Part shown: piece by piece, positions 1-8,137 of the stretch | How positions within the stretch are numbered: the stretch's first letter is position 1 | How the letters are laid out: every line of letters begins with the position of its first letter | Origin: Thermodesulfobacterium commune DSM 2178 | GTDB taxonomy: Bacteria; Desulfobacterota; Thermodesulfobacteria; Thermodesulfobacteriales; Thermodesulfobacteriaceae | Length of the DNA stretch: 32,000 bases | Direction of reading: 5' to 3' | Assembly (NCBI RefSeq): GCF_000734015.1 | Contig: NZ_CP008796.1 | Span: 780,001-812,000, forward strand | The notes under the pieces: model-generated | Databases searched by the model: none | The model's input: the letters and a program-made list of their open reading frames with translations, nothing else | What the model was told of the DNA's origin: nothing | Made by a program: the position numbers and the translations under genes

Positions 1-2
1 AT

Positions 3-269
3 AACCCTGAAGATATAAAAAAGAAGGCAGAAAACTTAGGTAAGGCTACCGATATCATAGCCTATCTACAAGGTTCTCTTAACCTTGAAAAAGGCGGAGA
101 TATTGCCAAAAATCTAAATGAGATATACCAAACCCTTTTAGACGAGTTGATTGTAGCAAACACTCAGAACGACGCTAAAAAAATCACAGACAGTATAGAG
201 GTTTTAGAAAAACTTAAGAAAGCCTGGGAAGAAATTAAATGTCAATCTCAAAACTCAAAGAAAGACTGA
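3..269 (+). CDS. fliS: flagellar export chaperone FliS, C-terminal part (5' end outside window)
   Basis: Frame-3 reading frame is open from the window edge to TGA at 267-269. My translation, ...NLEKGGDIAKNLNEIYQTLLDELIVANTQNDAKKITDSIEVLEKLKKAWEEIK, matches the conserved FliS C-terminal helices (GG-D/E-IA-x-NL...LY...AN...AW). It is absent from the ORF track because it has no start codon in the window. Confidence 0.7.
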   Translation, partial: NPEDIKKKAENLGKATDIIAYLQGSLNLEKGGDIAKNLNEIYQTLLDELIVANTQNDAKKITDSIEVLEKLKKAWEEIKCQSQNSKKD

Positions 270-496
270 TTGAAATAGAACTTGCTATAAAAAATCAAGA
301 TTTAGATAAAGCTTTAACAATTTATGAAGAAATTGACCAAAACTTTGAAAAATACGTAAAAAACATAAAACAAGAAGAGTTAAAATCTGTTTTAAATTTG
401 GTAGAATTTTTAGAAAAATTACTTAAAGAAAAACAGGCAGAGCTTATAGAGTCTAAAAAATTCCTTAACCTAAAGAAGGCCTATACAAGGTTTTAA
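239..496 (+). CDS. small helical/coiled-coil protein downstream of fliS (function unknown; sits where fliT-like genes are often found)
   Basis: 85-aa ORF whose ATG overlaps the fliS 3' end by 31 nt. K/E/L-rich helical composition with no diagnostic motif. Only the position after fliS suggests a flagellar role. Confidence 0.4.
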   Translation: MSISKLKERLIEIELAIKNQDLDKALTIYEEIDQNFEKYVKNIKQEELKSVLNLVEFLEKLLKEKQAELIESKKFLNLKKAYTRF

Positions 497-741
497 CTTT
501 TTTCCATAAAGGCTTTTAGCCCTGCTAACCTTTGTTTTTCTGACTCTAAAGCTTTATAGGTTTGCCATAACTTCCTAAGTTTAGGGTTATCTTTAATCTG
601 TAGCTCCTCTAACTCAGAAACTTTAACATTTAACTCTTTTTCTAAAGCTTCAAGCTTTTTTGTCAAACTCTTGATATTCTCTTCGCAAACTTTTATCTCC
701 CGAGAAGTAGTAAACCAGACCTCGTCATAAACTATTCCCAT
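493..741 (-). CDS. hypothetical coiled-coil protein
   Basis: 82-aa ORF with a good Shine-Dalgarno on the minus strand (AGGGGAG, 5-nt spacer before ATG). Heptad-like LTKKLEALEKELNVKVSELEEL. No recognisable family. Confidence 0.4.
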   Translation of the reverse strand: MGIVYDEVWFTTSREIKVCEENIKSLTKKLEALEKELNVKVSELEELQIKDNPKLRKLWQTYKALESEKQRLAGLKAFMEKS

Positions 742-766
742 TAGATCTCCCCTTTTATAAAATTTT

Positions 767-1696
767 TTATTTTCTCCTGTCTATAAAATAGTTACTTCCT
801 GGCATCTTCTTTACCAAGGCTTTTACTTCAGCCGCTCTCTGTGAAATCTCACCTAAGTGTTTAAACTTATTAGGATAAATCGGTACTAAAGCTATAGAAA
901 CCGAAGGCAAAGGAATTTGTCCTAAGTGTCCTTGTCTGTCTTTGGTTATAAAATATCCTCTTTTTAAATCTTCTTCTTTTAAAAATATAGGAAGGGTTGC
1001 TTCAAATTTTTTGATGATTTCTTTTGCAACTTCTTCTCCTTTTTCGATAGGAACCACAAAAACAAAATCATCTCCTCCTATGTGCCCCAGAAAATATCCT
1101 TGGCCTACCTTTTCATTTAAGGTTGTGGCTAAAATCCTTGCTAAATTTTTGATAAGCTCATCCCCTCTTGAAAAACCATACACATCGTTATATACCTTGA
1201 AATTGTCTAAATCTACATAACCTATAGCTACCTTTTGTTTTTCTTTAAGAATCTTTTCTAAATATTTAGAAATAGAAGTATTCCCAGGAAGCCCGGTGAG
1301 AGGATTGGTGTCAGAGATCCTCTCTATTCGTTTAAAAGCATATTCTATTCTAAGGATAACTTCTTTTAAGTCCTCGTGAATGATTACAAAATCGTCTACC
1401 ACCTCAGCTTTATTTATCAAAAAATCAAAGTCTAACTCATTAACCACTAGTATAACAGGAATACCGGTGAGGTTAAAATTTTTCTTAAGACTTATTATTT
1501 GTTCAAAGGCTAAAGGGTCCTTTTCGTAGTTAAAAAGAATCATATCTGGTGGTCTAAACAAAAAACTTTCTAACAAACTCTTGGAAGAATAAAAAAACTT
1601 AAGAAGATATTTATCTTTAAGCTCAGAAAAAAGCTGTTCTTTCCATTTTTTAAAAACTTTATCTTTTTTCAAAAACAAATAGATGGTCTTAGGCAT
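767..1696 (-). CDS. pseudo-receiver + GGDEF-family domain protein (GGDDF variant)
   Basis: C-terminal half carries GGDEF-domain motifs: LTGLPGN, YVDLDNFKVYNDVYGFSRGDELI, and GHIGGDDFVFVV (GGA GGA GAT GAT TTT on the minus strand at 1064-1078). The N-terminal ~120 aa has a CheY-like beta/alpha pattern but lacks the conserved acidic pocket, phospho-Asp, Thr and Lys. Confidence 0.8.
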   Translation of the reverse strand: MPKTIYLFLKKDKVFKKWKEQLFSELKDKYLLKFFYSSKSLLESFLFRPPDMILFNYEKDPLAFEQIISLKKNFNLTGIPVILVVNELDFDFLINKAEVVDDFVIIHEDLKEVILRIEYAFKRIERISDTNPLTGLPGNTSISKYLEKILKEKQKVAIGYVDLDNFKVYNDVYGFSRGDELIKNLARILATTLNEKVGQGYFLGHIGGDDFVFVVPIEKGEEVAKEIIKKFEATLPIFLKEEDLKRGYFITKDRQGHLGQIPLPSVSIALVPIYPNKFKHLGEISQRAAEVKALVKKMPGSNYFIDRRK

Positions 1697-1701
1697 TAAA
1701 C

Positions 1702-2568
1702 TTACGTGACTTCTGTTTCTTTTTTAAGTTCTTCAGTAAAAAATTTAAGCTCATAAAGTTTAGGCTCAAGTTTAAAAAACAACTCTTTAATAAAAGAAAA
1801 ATCAAGCTTTAGAATTTTAAAAGCCTTTTCATCAAGAGGAGGTACTTTCTTGTAAAGGCTTTCACCATAACCTCTTGCATGAATTAAAACGTCAGCAAGA
1901 TGGACTACCGCCGCCTCTTTTTTAAATTCTTTAGCCTTAGAAAGATTATGATGAGCTTCTACTGCCTCTATCAATCTTTCAGGCAAATTCCATTGTCTCA
2001 TCAAAAAAGCTCCAATTTCAGCATGGTTTATTCCTAAAACCTCCTCTTCTGCTTTTAAAGGTTCTTTTTTTTCCTTTTCTATAAGCTCGACTATCTGAGT
2101 GTATTCCTGCGGAAAGGCTACCTTTTCTATCACCCTTCCCAGGTCATGTAAAAGCCCAGCTGTAGCTATTTCTTGAGGTTCCTTTAATTCTACTTTTTCT
2201 GCAAGAATTTTAGCACAGGCAGCCACCCCAACGGAATGTTCCCACAATCCTACATCTTCTTTATGTAAAATCTCAAAAATAGAAGAGGTGGTAATCAAAA
2301 TCTTTATTACGTTGATACCGAGTAACATCAGGGCATTTTGAACAGTACTTACTCTCCGTGGGAAACCATAGAAAGCTGAGTTAGCAAGCCTCAAGATTTT
2401 AGAGGTTATTACCTGGTCTTTTTCTATCAACTCTGCTATTTGTCCTATAGAAACCCTTTCGTCCTCTACCATGGCATTTAGTCTTTGCACTATAGGAGGT
2501 AAAGTAGGTAATCCTTCCAGTTTACGAAGCTTTCTTCTTACTTCTTTTCTTTTTTCATAGGGATCCAT
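1702..2568 (-). CDS. HDOD domain signalling protein
   Basis: LPTLPPIVQRLNAMVEDERVSIGQIAELIEKDQVITSKILRLANSAFYGFPRRVSTVQNALMLLG is the canonical HDOD N-terminal signature, followed by HS..VA...LLHDLGR. A 5-nt gap separates it from the downstream GGDDF gene. Confidence 0.85.
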   Translation of the reverse strand: MDPYEKRKEVRRKLRKLEGLPTLPPIVQRLNAMVEDERVSIGQIAELIEKDQVITSKILRLANSAFYGFPRRVSTVQNALMLLGINVIKILITTSSIFEILHKEDVGLWEHSVGVAACAKILAEKVELKEPQEIATAGLLHDLGRVIEKVAFPQEYTQIVELIEKEKKEPLKAEEEVLGINHAEIGAFLMRQWNLPERLIEAVEAHHNLSKAKEFKKEAAVVHLADVLIHARGYGESLYKKVPPLDEKAFKILKLDFSFIKELFFKLEPKLYELKFFTEELKKETEVT

Positions 2569-2576
2569 GAAATCTC

Positions 2577-2885
2577 CTAAGTTTCTTTATATTTTTCCAG
2601 CAAAAACTCCTTTAACACTTCTTTTATGTTAAGTAGAATTGGGTCAGAAATCCCTTCAAACCTTTTTTCTAAACCTTCTAACTCTTCTTCTAAAGTTTTT
2701 TCCCAAGGAAGCTTTACTTTAAGTCCTTCAACCGTAACAAACTGAACTCCAAATTCTTGAAATTTTTTTAAATGTTCTTCAGTTAGCTCCACCCCTTTGC
2801 CACAGAGAGTTCTCCCGTTTACATCTACTACCTCTTCGTAAGTTTTCATTCCAGGAATTATATAAGACAAAGGTAGTCTTTGCAT
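2577..2885 (-). CDS. small hypothetical protein, first gene of the HDOD/GGDDF operon
   Basis: 102-aa ORF with SD AGAGG about 6 nt before ATG. The N-terminal segment IIPGMKTYEEVVDVNGRTLCGKGVELTEEHLKKFQEFGVQFVTVEG resembles, from memory, the short N-terminal module often fused to HD-GYP/HDOD-type proteins. No PilZ RxxxR motif. Confidence 0.5.
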   Translation of the reverse strand: MQRLPLSYIIPGMKTYEEVVDVNGRTLCGKGVELTEEHLKKFQEFGVQFVTVEGLKVKLPWEKTLEEELEGLEKRFEGISDPILLNIKEVLKEFLLEKYKET

Positions 2886-2914
2886 GTTGTACCTCTTTTA
2901 AAATCATTCTTTGT

Positions 2915-3790
2915 TTAGATAACTTTGTTTAAACTATACTCTATGATTCCTTCAGCCCCTAACTCTAAAAGTTTGGGTACCAGGTCTCTCACCTCTTTTT
3001 CTGACACAATTACTTCTATTGCATACCAGTCTTTGTTATAAAGTTGGGCAATGGTTGGAGAGGTAATACTTGGTAATATCGCAATAATCTTTTCAAGATT
3101 AGAAGCAGGCACGTTCATCTTTAGCCCTACCTTCTTATGAGAATTAAGAGCACCTTTAAGTAACACTGCAATTTGTTGTATTTTTTTTCTTTTCCATGGA
3201 TCTTCCCAGGCTTTTTCGTTGGCTATTAACTGAGGATAGGTAATCAACAATTCATAAATAATCTTTAAACCATGAGCTCTTATGGTAGTACCTGTCTCTG
3301 TAACTTCAACTATGGCATCACAAAGACCCTGCACAACCTTAGCTTCTGTAGCACCCCAAGAATAGCTCACTTCAACGGGAATTCCTCTTTCTTCAAAAAA
3401 CCTCTTTGTGAACTGGACAAGCTCAGTACTAATCTTTTTCCCTGCTAAGTCTTCAAGCCTTTCTATCCCTGATCCTTCTTTTACTGCCAAAACCCATCTT
3501 GCAGGTTTCTTACTTACTTTAGAATAAATTAGCTCCTCTACCACCACAACTTTTGAATTATTTTCTAAAATCCAGTCTTTTCCAGTAATACCTGCATCAA
3601 GTATTCCTAGTTCTACATATTTACTCATTTCCTGAGGTCTACATATTACCATCTCTAACTCACAATCATCAACCTCAGGAAAATAGTTTCTGTGATGAAC
3701 ATCTATCGTCCATCCTGCTTTTTCAAAAAGCTCGATAGTTGCCTTTTCTAAACTTCCTTTAGGAATCCCAAACTTAAGCTTTTTTTCCAT
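2915..3790 (-). CDS. hisG: ATP phosphoribosyltransferase, long form
   Basis: N-terminus LKFGIPKGSLEKATIELFEKAGW, GILDAGITGKDWILE and IVEVTETGTTIRAHGLKII match HisG motifs. The 291-aa length implies the long form with a C-terminal regulatory domain. Confidence 0.9.
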   Translation of the reverse strand: MEKKLKFGIPKGSLEKATIELFEKAGWTIDVHHRNYFPEVDDCELEMVICRPQEMSKYVELGILDAGITGKDWILENNSKVVVVEELIYSKVSKKPARWVLAVKEGSGIERLEDLAGKKISTELVQFTKRFFEERGIPVEVSYSWGATEAKVVQGLCDAIVEVTETGTTIRAHGLKIIYELLITYPQLIANEKAWEDPWKRKKIQQIAVLLKGALNSHKKVGLKMNVPASNLEKIIAILPSITSPTIAQLYNKDWYAIEVIVSEKEVRDLVPKLLELGAEGIIEYSLNKVI

Positions 3791-4157
3791 AAACCTCCTC
3801 CGGATTAAACATTTTTTCTTCTATAATTTCTAAATTTTTTTCGCCAAGTTTTCTATAAAAACAACTCATATATCCTTCATGACATACAGGACCCTTAGGC
3901 TCTACCTTAAAAAGCAAAGTATCTTCGTCACAATCAACCAATACCTCTTTTACCACGAGATAATGTTTTGACGTTTCTCCTTTTAGCCAAATCTTATTTC
4001 TCGTTCTACTATAAAAATGCATCAAACCAGTCTCTAAGGTTTTTCTTAACGCTTCTTCGTTTAAAAATCCTACCATTAGAACTTTAGAAGTCTTAAAATC
4101 TTGAATAACCGCCGGCAAAAGACCCCCAAGTTTTTCAAAATTAAGTTTTAGCTCCAT
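3774..4157 (-). CDS. hisI: phosphoribosyl-AMP cyclohydrolase (stand-alone HisI)
   Basis: LLPAVIQDFKTSKVLMVGFLNEEALRKTLETG...FYSRTRNKIWLKGETSKHYLVVKEVLVDCDEDTLLFKVEPKGPVCHEGYMSCFYR is the HisI signature. 127 aa, so there is no fused HisE domain. Confidence 0.9.
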   Translation of the reverse strand: MELKLNFEKLGGLLPAVIQDFKTSKVLMVGFLNEEALRKTLETGLMHFYSRTRNKIWLKGETSKHYLVVKEVLVDCDEDTLLFKVEPKGPVCHEGYMSCFYRKLGEKNLEIIEEKMFNPEEVYGKKA

Positions 4158-4941
4158 CTACTACCTCCCTAAAAGCTCTAAGTTTTTTCTCAGGATTTTT
4201 GGCCTTAACCAAAGAAGTCCCTATCAATACCCCTTTAAACCCTTTCTTTATCAAAGGCTTTAAATCTTCAGGATTATGATAACCACTTTCAGCTATTACT
4301 TGACATCTCGAAGGAATCTTTTCAAAAAGAGCTAAACTTTGGTTTTGGTCAACCTTTAAAGTTCTCAAGTTTCTGTTGTTAATCCCAATAAGAGTTGCCC
4401 CTACAGAAAGGGCCTTCTCTAAATCCTCTTCGTCATGAACCTCAACCAAAGGGGTTAACCCTAATTTTTTGGTATGTTTAAAAAGTTCGTTAAGGTCTTC
4501 TTTGGTTAAAATAGTACTTATCAAAAGAACAAGGTCTGCTCCAAAAGCTCTTGCCTCTTCTATCTGTATAGGGTCTAAGACAAAGTCTTTTCTTAAAAGC
4601 GGTAGGTCTGTTATAGTCCTTATGGCAGCAAGATATTCTAAAGAACCTCTAAAAAAAATCTCCTCAGTAATAACTGAAATGGCTTTAGCCCCTCCTTTAA
4701 TATAATTTTTGGCAAGCTCTAAAGGGTTAAAATTCTCTCTAAAATTATCTTTTAACGGACTTGCCTTTTTAATTTCAGCAATGATAACAAATCCTTCCTT
4801 TTCCAAGTATTTTTCAAAATCAATAGGGGTTCTATCCTTAAAAGGTCTAAAATAAAGACCTCTTTCTTTTCGTTTTAAAACTTCGTAGTATTTTTCTAAA
4901 AGAATGCTGGATAAAACTGGGTTGATTTTATGTTTTTCCAT
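4141..4941 (-). CDS. trpC: indole-3-glycerol-phosphate synthase
   Basis: IIAEIKKASPLK, ISVITEEIFFRGS, LLRKDFVLDPIQIEEARAFGADLVLLI and IGINNRNL are TrpC TIM-barrel motifs. Confidence 0.9.
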   Translation of the reverse strand: MEKHKINPVLSSILLEKYYEVLKRKERGLYFRPFKDRTPIDFEKYLEKEGFVIIAEIKKASPLKDNFRENFNPLELAKNYIKGGAKAISVITEEIFFRGSLEYLAAIRTITDLPLLRKDFVLDPIQIEEARAFGADLVLLISTILTKEDLNELFKHTKKLGLTPLVEVHDEEDLEKALSVGATLIGINNRNLRTLKVDQNQSLALFEKIPSRCQVIAESGYHNPEDLKPLIKKGFKGVLIGTSLVKAKNPEKKLRAFREVVDGAKT

Positions 4942-5037
4942 ATTATCTTTATAGGAAATTTTTCTTTTATTTTATCCTGTAGAAAATTTTTTAAAAGATG
5001 TTAATATCATAATTTTTAGAAATATGGAGGTAAGGAG

Positions 5038-5172
5038 ATGAAGAGGACTTACCAACCAAGTCGTTTGAAGATGAAAAGAAGACATGGATTTAGAGCCAGG
5101 ATGAAAACCCGTTCTGGCAGAAGGATCCTTAAAAACAGAAGAAGAAAAGGACGTTGGCGTTTAACTGTTTAA
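5038..5172 (+). CDS. rpmH: 50S ribosomal protein L34
   Basis: Hand-translated 44-aa [47 protein letters not shown] with a strong SD (GGAGGTAAGGAG) immediately upstream. Below the ORF-track size cutoff. Canonical position upstream of rnpA. Confidence 0.95.
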   Translation: MKRTYQPSRLKMKRRHGFRARMKTRSGRRILKNRRRKGRWRLTV

Positions 5173-5194
5173 AATTTAATTAACATTTAAAAGT

Positions 5195-5542
5195 TTGAAA
5201 AAAGAAGGGCTTTCTAAAAAGGAACGTTTAACCAAAAATTCGGAGTTTCAGAAAGTTTTTAAATATGGGAAAAAAGTATGGGTTGATTCTATACTGTTAA
5301 TACTTTATACACCTAACGAATTAGGAATAAGAAGGTTAGGAATAGTAGTTTCTAAAAAAATTAAAAAAGCTACTAAAAGAAATAAAGTTAAACGCTGGAT
5401 TAGAGAAATTTTTAGGAAAAATAAAGAATCCTTTCCTGAAGGGTGTGATTTTATAATCATCCCCCATCCGAAAATGGGGGAGTTAAGCTTTGCAGAGATT
5501 AAGACTAAGGTTTTAGAAAAACTAGCTGAATTGAAAAGTTAA
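5195..5542 (+). CDS. rnpA: ribonuclease P protein component
   Basis: Basic 115-aa protein with the [20 protein letters not shown] motif typical of RnpA. Follows rpmH. The start codon at 5195 is TTG, so the start is uncertain. Confidence 0.85.
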   Translation: MKKEGLSKKERLTKNSEFQKVFKYGKKVWVDSILLILYTPNELGIRRLGIVVSKKIKKATKRNKVKRWIREIFRKNKESFPEGCDFIIIPHPKMGELSFAEIKTKVLEKLAELKS

Positions 5543-5543
5543 G

Positions 5544-5786
5544 ATGAAAGCTTTGGGTATTTTTTTGATAAAACTCTATCAAAAGTTCATTTCTCCCATA
5601 TTTTCAGTATATTTTAACATAAACTGCAGGTTTTATCCTTCCTGTAGTGATTACACCAAAGAAGCAATCCTAGAATTTGGCCTTTTAAAAGGGACCTTTT
5701 TAGGGATTAAAAGAATCCTTAGATGTCATCCCTTTTGTAAAGGTGGATACGACCCAGTACCAAAAAACCCTGCAAGGAGGATTTAA
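5544..5786 (+). CDS. yidD: membrane protein insertion efficiency factor YidD
   Basis: YQKFISP...[15 protein letters not shown]...[17 protein letters not shown] is the YidD signature. Conserved rnpA-yidD-yidC order. Confidence 0.9.
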   Translation: MKALGIFLIKLYQKFISPIFSVYFNINCRFYPSCSDYTKEAILEFGLLKGTFLGIKRILRCHPFCKGGYDPVPKNPARRI

Positions 5787-5791
5787 TTTCA

Positions 5792-7432
5792 ATGGATAAT
5801 AGGATTTTAATTGCTTTAGGCCTTTCTTTTTTGGTAATAGTTTTCTTTCATTACATCTATCTAAAACTTTTTCCTGCTCCTCCTATAGAACCAACAACCT
5901 TAAACTCAACTTTATCTAATTCAACAGTTAGTCAGAACAATACCTCAACACCTCAAGCCTTATCTTCAAAACCAACCCTACCTAATAATCCTACCTTTTC
6001 TGAAAGATCCAATCTACCTTCTTATGCCATTGTTTCTCCTAAATATAACGCTACCCTAACTGCCTCTGGGGTAAGGTTTAACGAGTTTTTATTAAAAGAG
6101 TTTTTTAAAGACAGAAGCCAAAAGGATCCAGTAAACCTCATAACTGCAGCATCCTACTCTTTACCCCTTGAGGTTTACTTAGAATCCAAACCAGAGCTTG
6201 CGGTTTTAGGTTACAATTCCAATTCTCCTTCTAAAGTGGTTTTAGAAAAAGAGGGAGAAAAAGAGTTATCCTTTTACACATCCTATCAGGGTATATCTTT
6301 AGAAAAAACTCTAAAATTTAAACCTCAATCTTATTTTATAGACCTCAAAATCAAAATTACCAACCAAAGCAACCAAACTCTTACAGATAAGCTTCTTCTT
6401 AGAGGTGCCTTTGCCCCCTTTGTAGATGGAACAAAGTATGTATTTACAGGTCCTTTTTATTACACCACTCATCTAAACGAAGTTAAAGTCAAAAATTCGA
6501 AGGTTGAAGAATACGTAGGAAATTTAAAATATTTGGGATATGAAGATAATTATTTTATGGTAGCTCTTATACCTGAAGGATTTAACAACTCCTCTTTAAA
6601 AGCTACTTTTAGAAAACTAACTGACACAGTTCAAGAGTTTATACTTTGGGTTCCTGTTGAAAACCTTAAACCAGGTGAAGTGGCTTCTTATCAGTTTAAG
6701 CTGTATATGGGTCCTAAAAAGTTGGAAGAAATGCGAAAAGAATTTCCTTTACTTACTAAAGCCTTATACTTTGGAATTTTTGATTTTATTGCTAAACCTT
6801 TACTTTATGTGTTAAAATTTACTCACCAGTTTACCCACAATTTTGGATGGGATATCATAATTATGACCTTGCTTTTAAGGATCCTTTTCTTCCCCTTAAA
6901 TCATATAAGCTATAAAAGTATGAAAAAAATGCAAGAGCTACAGCCTGTGATCCAGAGGCTAAGAGAAAAATATAAGGATGACCCCCAAGGTCTAAATCGT
7001 GAAGTGATGAACCTTTATAGAACTCAAAAGATAAACCCTTTTTCAGGATGTCTTCCTATCCTTATTCAGATACCTGTTTTTATTGCCTTTTATAAAGTGT
7101 TATTAATGGCGATAGAATTAAGACACGCACCCTTTATGCTCTGGATAACCGACCTTAGTGCTCCTGAAAGGCTTTACATAGGGAACTTGGTTATACCTTA
7201 CTTAGGTGGTATACCTGTACTTACGATTTTGATGGGAATTTCGATGTATTTACAGCAAAAGTTGACGCCTTCCTCTCCTGATCCTATGCAAGCCAAAATT
7301 ATGCTTTTTATGCCTATATTCTTTACTATCCTTTTTATAAACTTCCCTTCAGGACTTGTTTTATATTGGTTTGTAAACAATCTCTTATCGATCGTTCAAC
7401 AATATTTTACTTTAAAATTAACCAAAAAATAA
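5792..7432 (+). CDS. yidC: membrane protein insertase YidC (diderm type with large periplasmic P1 domain)
   Basis: 546 aa: N-terminal TM helix, long periplasmic domain, and a C-terminal 5-TM core with the conserved ...NPFSGCLPILIQIPVFIAFY... and PSGLVLYWFVNNLLSIVQQ. Confidence 0.9.
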   Translation: MDNRILIALGLSFLVIVFFHYIYLKLFPAPPIEPTTLNSTLSNSTVSQNNTSTPQALSSKPTLPNNPTFSERSNLPSYAIVSPKYNATLTASGVRFNEFLLKEFFKDRSQKDPVNLITAASYSLPLEVYLESKPELAVLGYNSNSPSKVVLEKEGEKELSFYTSYQGISLEKTLKFKPQSYFIDLKIKITNQSNQTLTDKLLLRGAFAPFVDGTKYVFTGPFYYTTHLNEVKVKNSKVEEYVGNLKYLGYEDNYFMVALIPEGFNNSSLKATFRKLTDTVQEFILWVPVENLKPGEVASYQFKLYMGPKKLEEMRKEFPLLTKALYFGIFDFIAKPLLYVLKFTHQFTHNFGWDIIIMTLLLRILFFPLNHISYKSMKKMQELQPVIQRLREKYKDDPQGLNREVMNLYRTQKINPFSGCLPILIQIPVFIAFYKVLLMAIELRHAPFMLWITDLSAPERLYIGNLVIPYLGGIPVLTILMGISMYLQQKLTPSSPDPMQAKIMLFMPIFFTILFINFPSGLVLYWFVNNLLSIVQQYFTLKLTKK

Positions 7433-7448
7433 TCTGAGAGGTGGGACT

Positions 7449-8096
7449 ATGGTTTTAGAGAAAGAGCTTGAGGGAAAAAGTTTAGACCAGCTTTTGGAGG
7501 TTGCTTGCCAAGAATTAGGGTGTATGCCAGAAGATTTGGAGTTAGAAATTTTAGAAGTCACCTCTTCTTCTGGACTTTTAGGTATGCCCAGCAAAAAAAT
7601 TAAAATTAAAGCTAAACTAAAACCTGACAAAATGCTCTCTGAAAGAGCTAACAAAGCTTTAACTTTTCTAAAAGACCTTTTTTACTACACCGACTTTCAA
7701 ATAGAAACCCAAACCAACCTTTTAAAAGACAAACTCCAGATAGAAATCTTGTTAAAAGGTGAAGACCTTAAGTATCTTGTACAAAACGGAGGGGAGGTAC
7801 TCTCTGCTTTGGAGTTTCTTACTAACAAAATCGTAGCCAAATCCTTAGGGGTAGGGCCTAAGATTGTCTTAAAACCTGAGGGAATTAACTTAGAGAGAGA
7901 AAAAAGACTTATCTCTGCAGTGAAAAGAGCCATAGAAAAGGTAAAAACCACCAAAGAGCCTCAGATAATTAAGGTTGGGTCTCAAAGGGAAGAAAGGATT
8001 GTCCTTAACTTAGTTAAACCTGAGAAGAATATAGAGGCTGTGGTAGAAGGTGAAGGAAAACAAAAAAAGGTTATCTTACAATGGACTAACTCTTAA
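7449..8096 (+). CDS. jag: Jag/KhpB RNA-binding protein (Jag_N + KH + R3H-like)
   Basis: Jag_N-like N-terminus (KSLDQLLEVACQELGCMPEDLELEILEV...GLLGMPSKKIKIKAKL), central KH-like region, and a degenerate C-terminal R3H-like segment (SQREERIVLNLV). Conserved position after yidC. Confidence 0.75.
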   Translation: MVLEKELEGKSLDQLLEVACQELGCMPEDLELEILEVTSSSGLLGMPSKKIKIKAKLKPDKMLSERANKALTFLKDLFYYTDFQIETQTNLLKDKLQIEILLKGEDLKYLVQNGGEVLSALEFLTNKIVAKSLGVGPKIVLKPEGINLEREKRLISAVKRAIEKVKTTKEPQIIKVGSQREERIVLNLVKPEKNIEAVVEGEGKQKKVILQWTNS

Positions 8097-8109
8097 ACGA
8101 GCCTTGAAT

Positions 8110-8137
8110 AAGGGGGTAATCCCCCCTTTGATGTTTT
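8110..8137 (+). terminator. GC-rich hairpin plus T-rich tail between jag and mnmE (possible intrinsic terminator or attenuator)
   Basis: AAGGGGG (8110-8116) pairs with CCCCCTT (8122-8128) around a 5-nt loop TAATC, followed by TGATGTTTT that runs into the mnmE ATG at 8138. This is the only strong hairpin I saw in an intergenic gap. Confidence 0.3.

Noticed and set aside
4942-5037. trpC/rpmH divergent intergenic region as oriC, because rpmH is classically adjacent to dnaA/oriC.
   Set aside because: It is only 96 nt long, with no dnaA gene and no cluster of TTATCCACA-like boxes; a single weak TTATCCTGT is all I found. I also could not identify a convincing -35/-10 pair for rpmH, so no promoter is reported.
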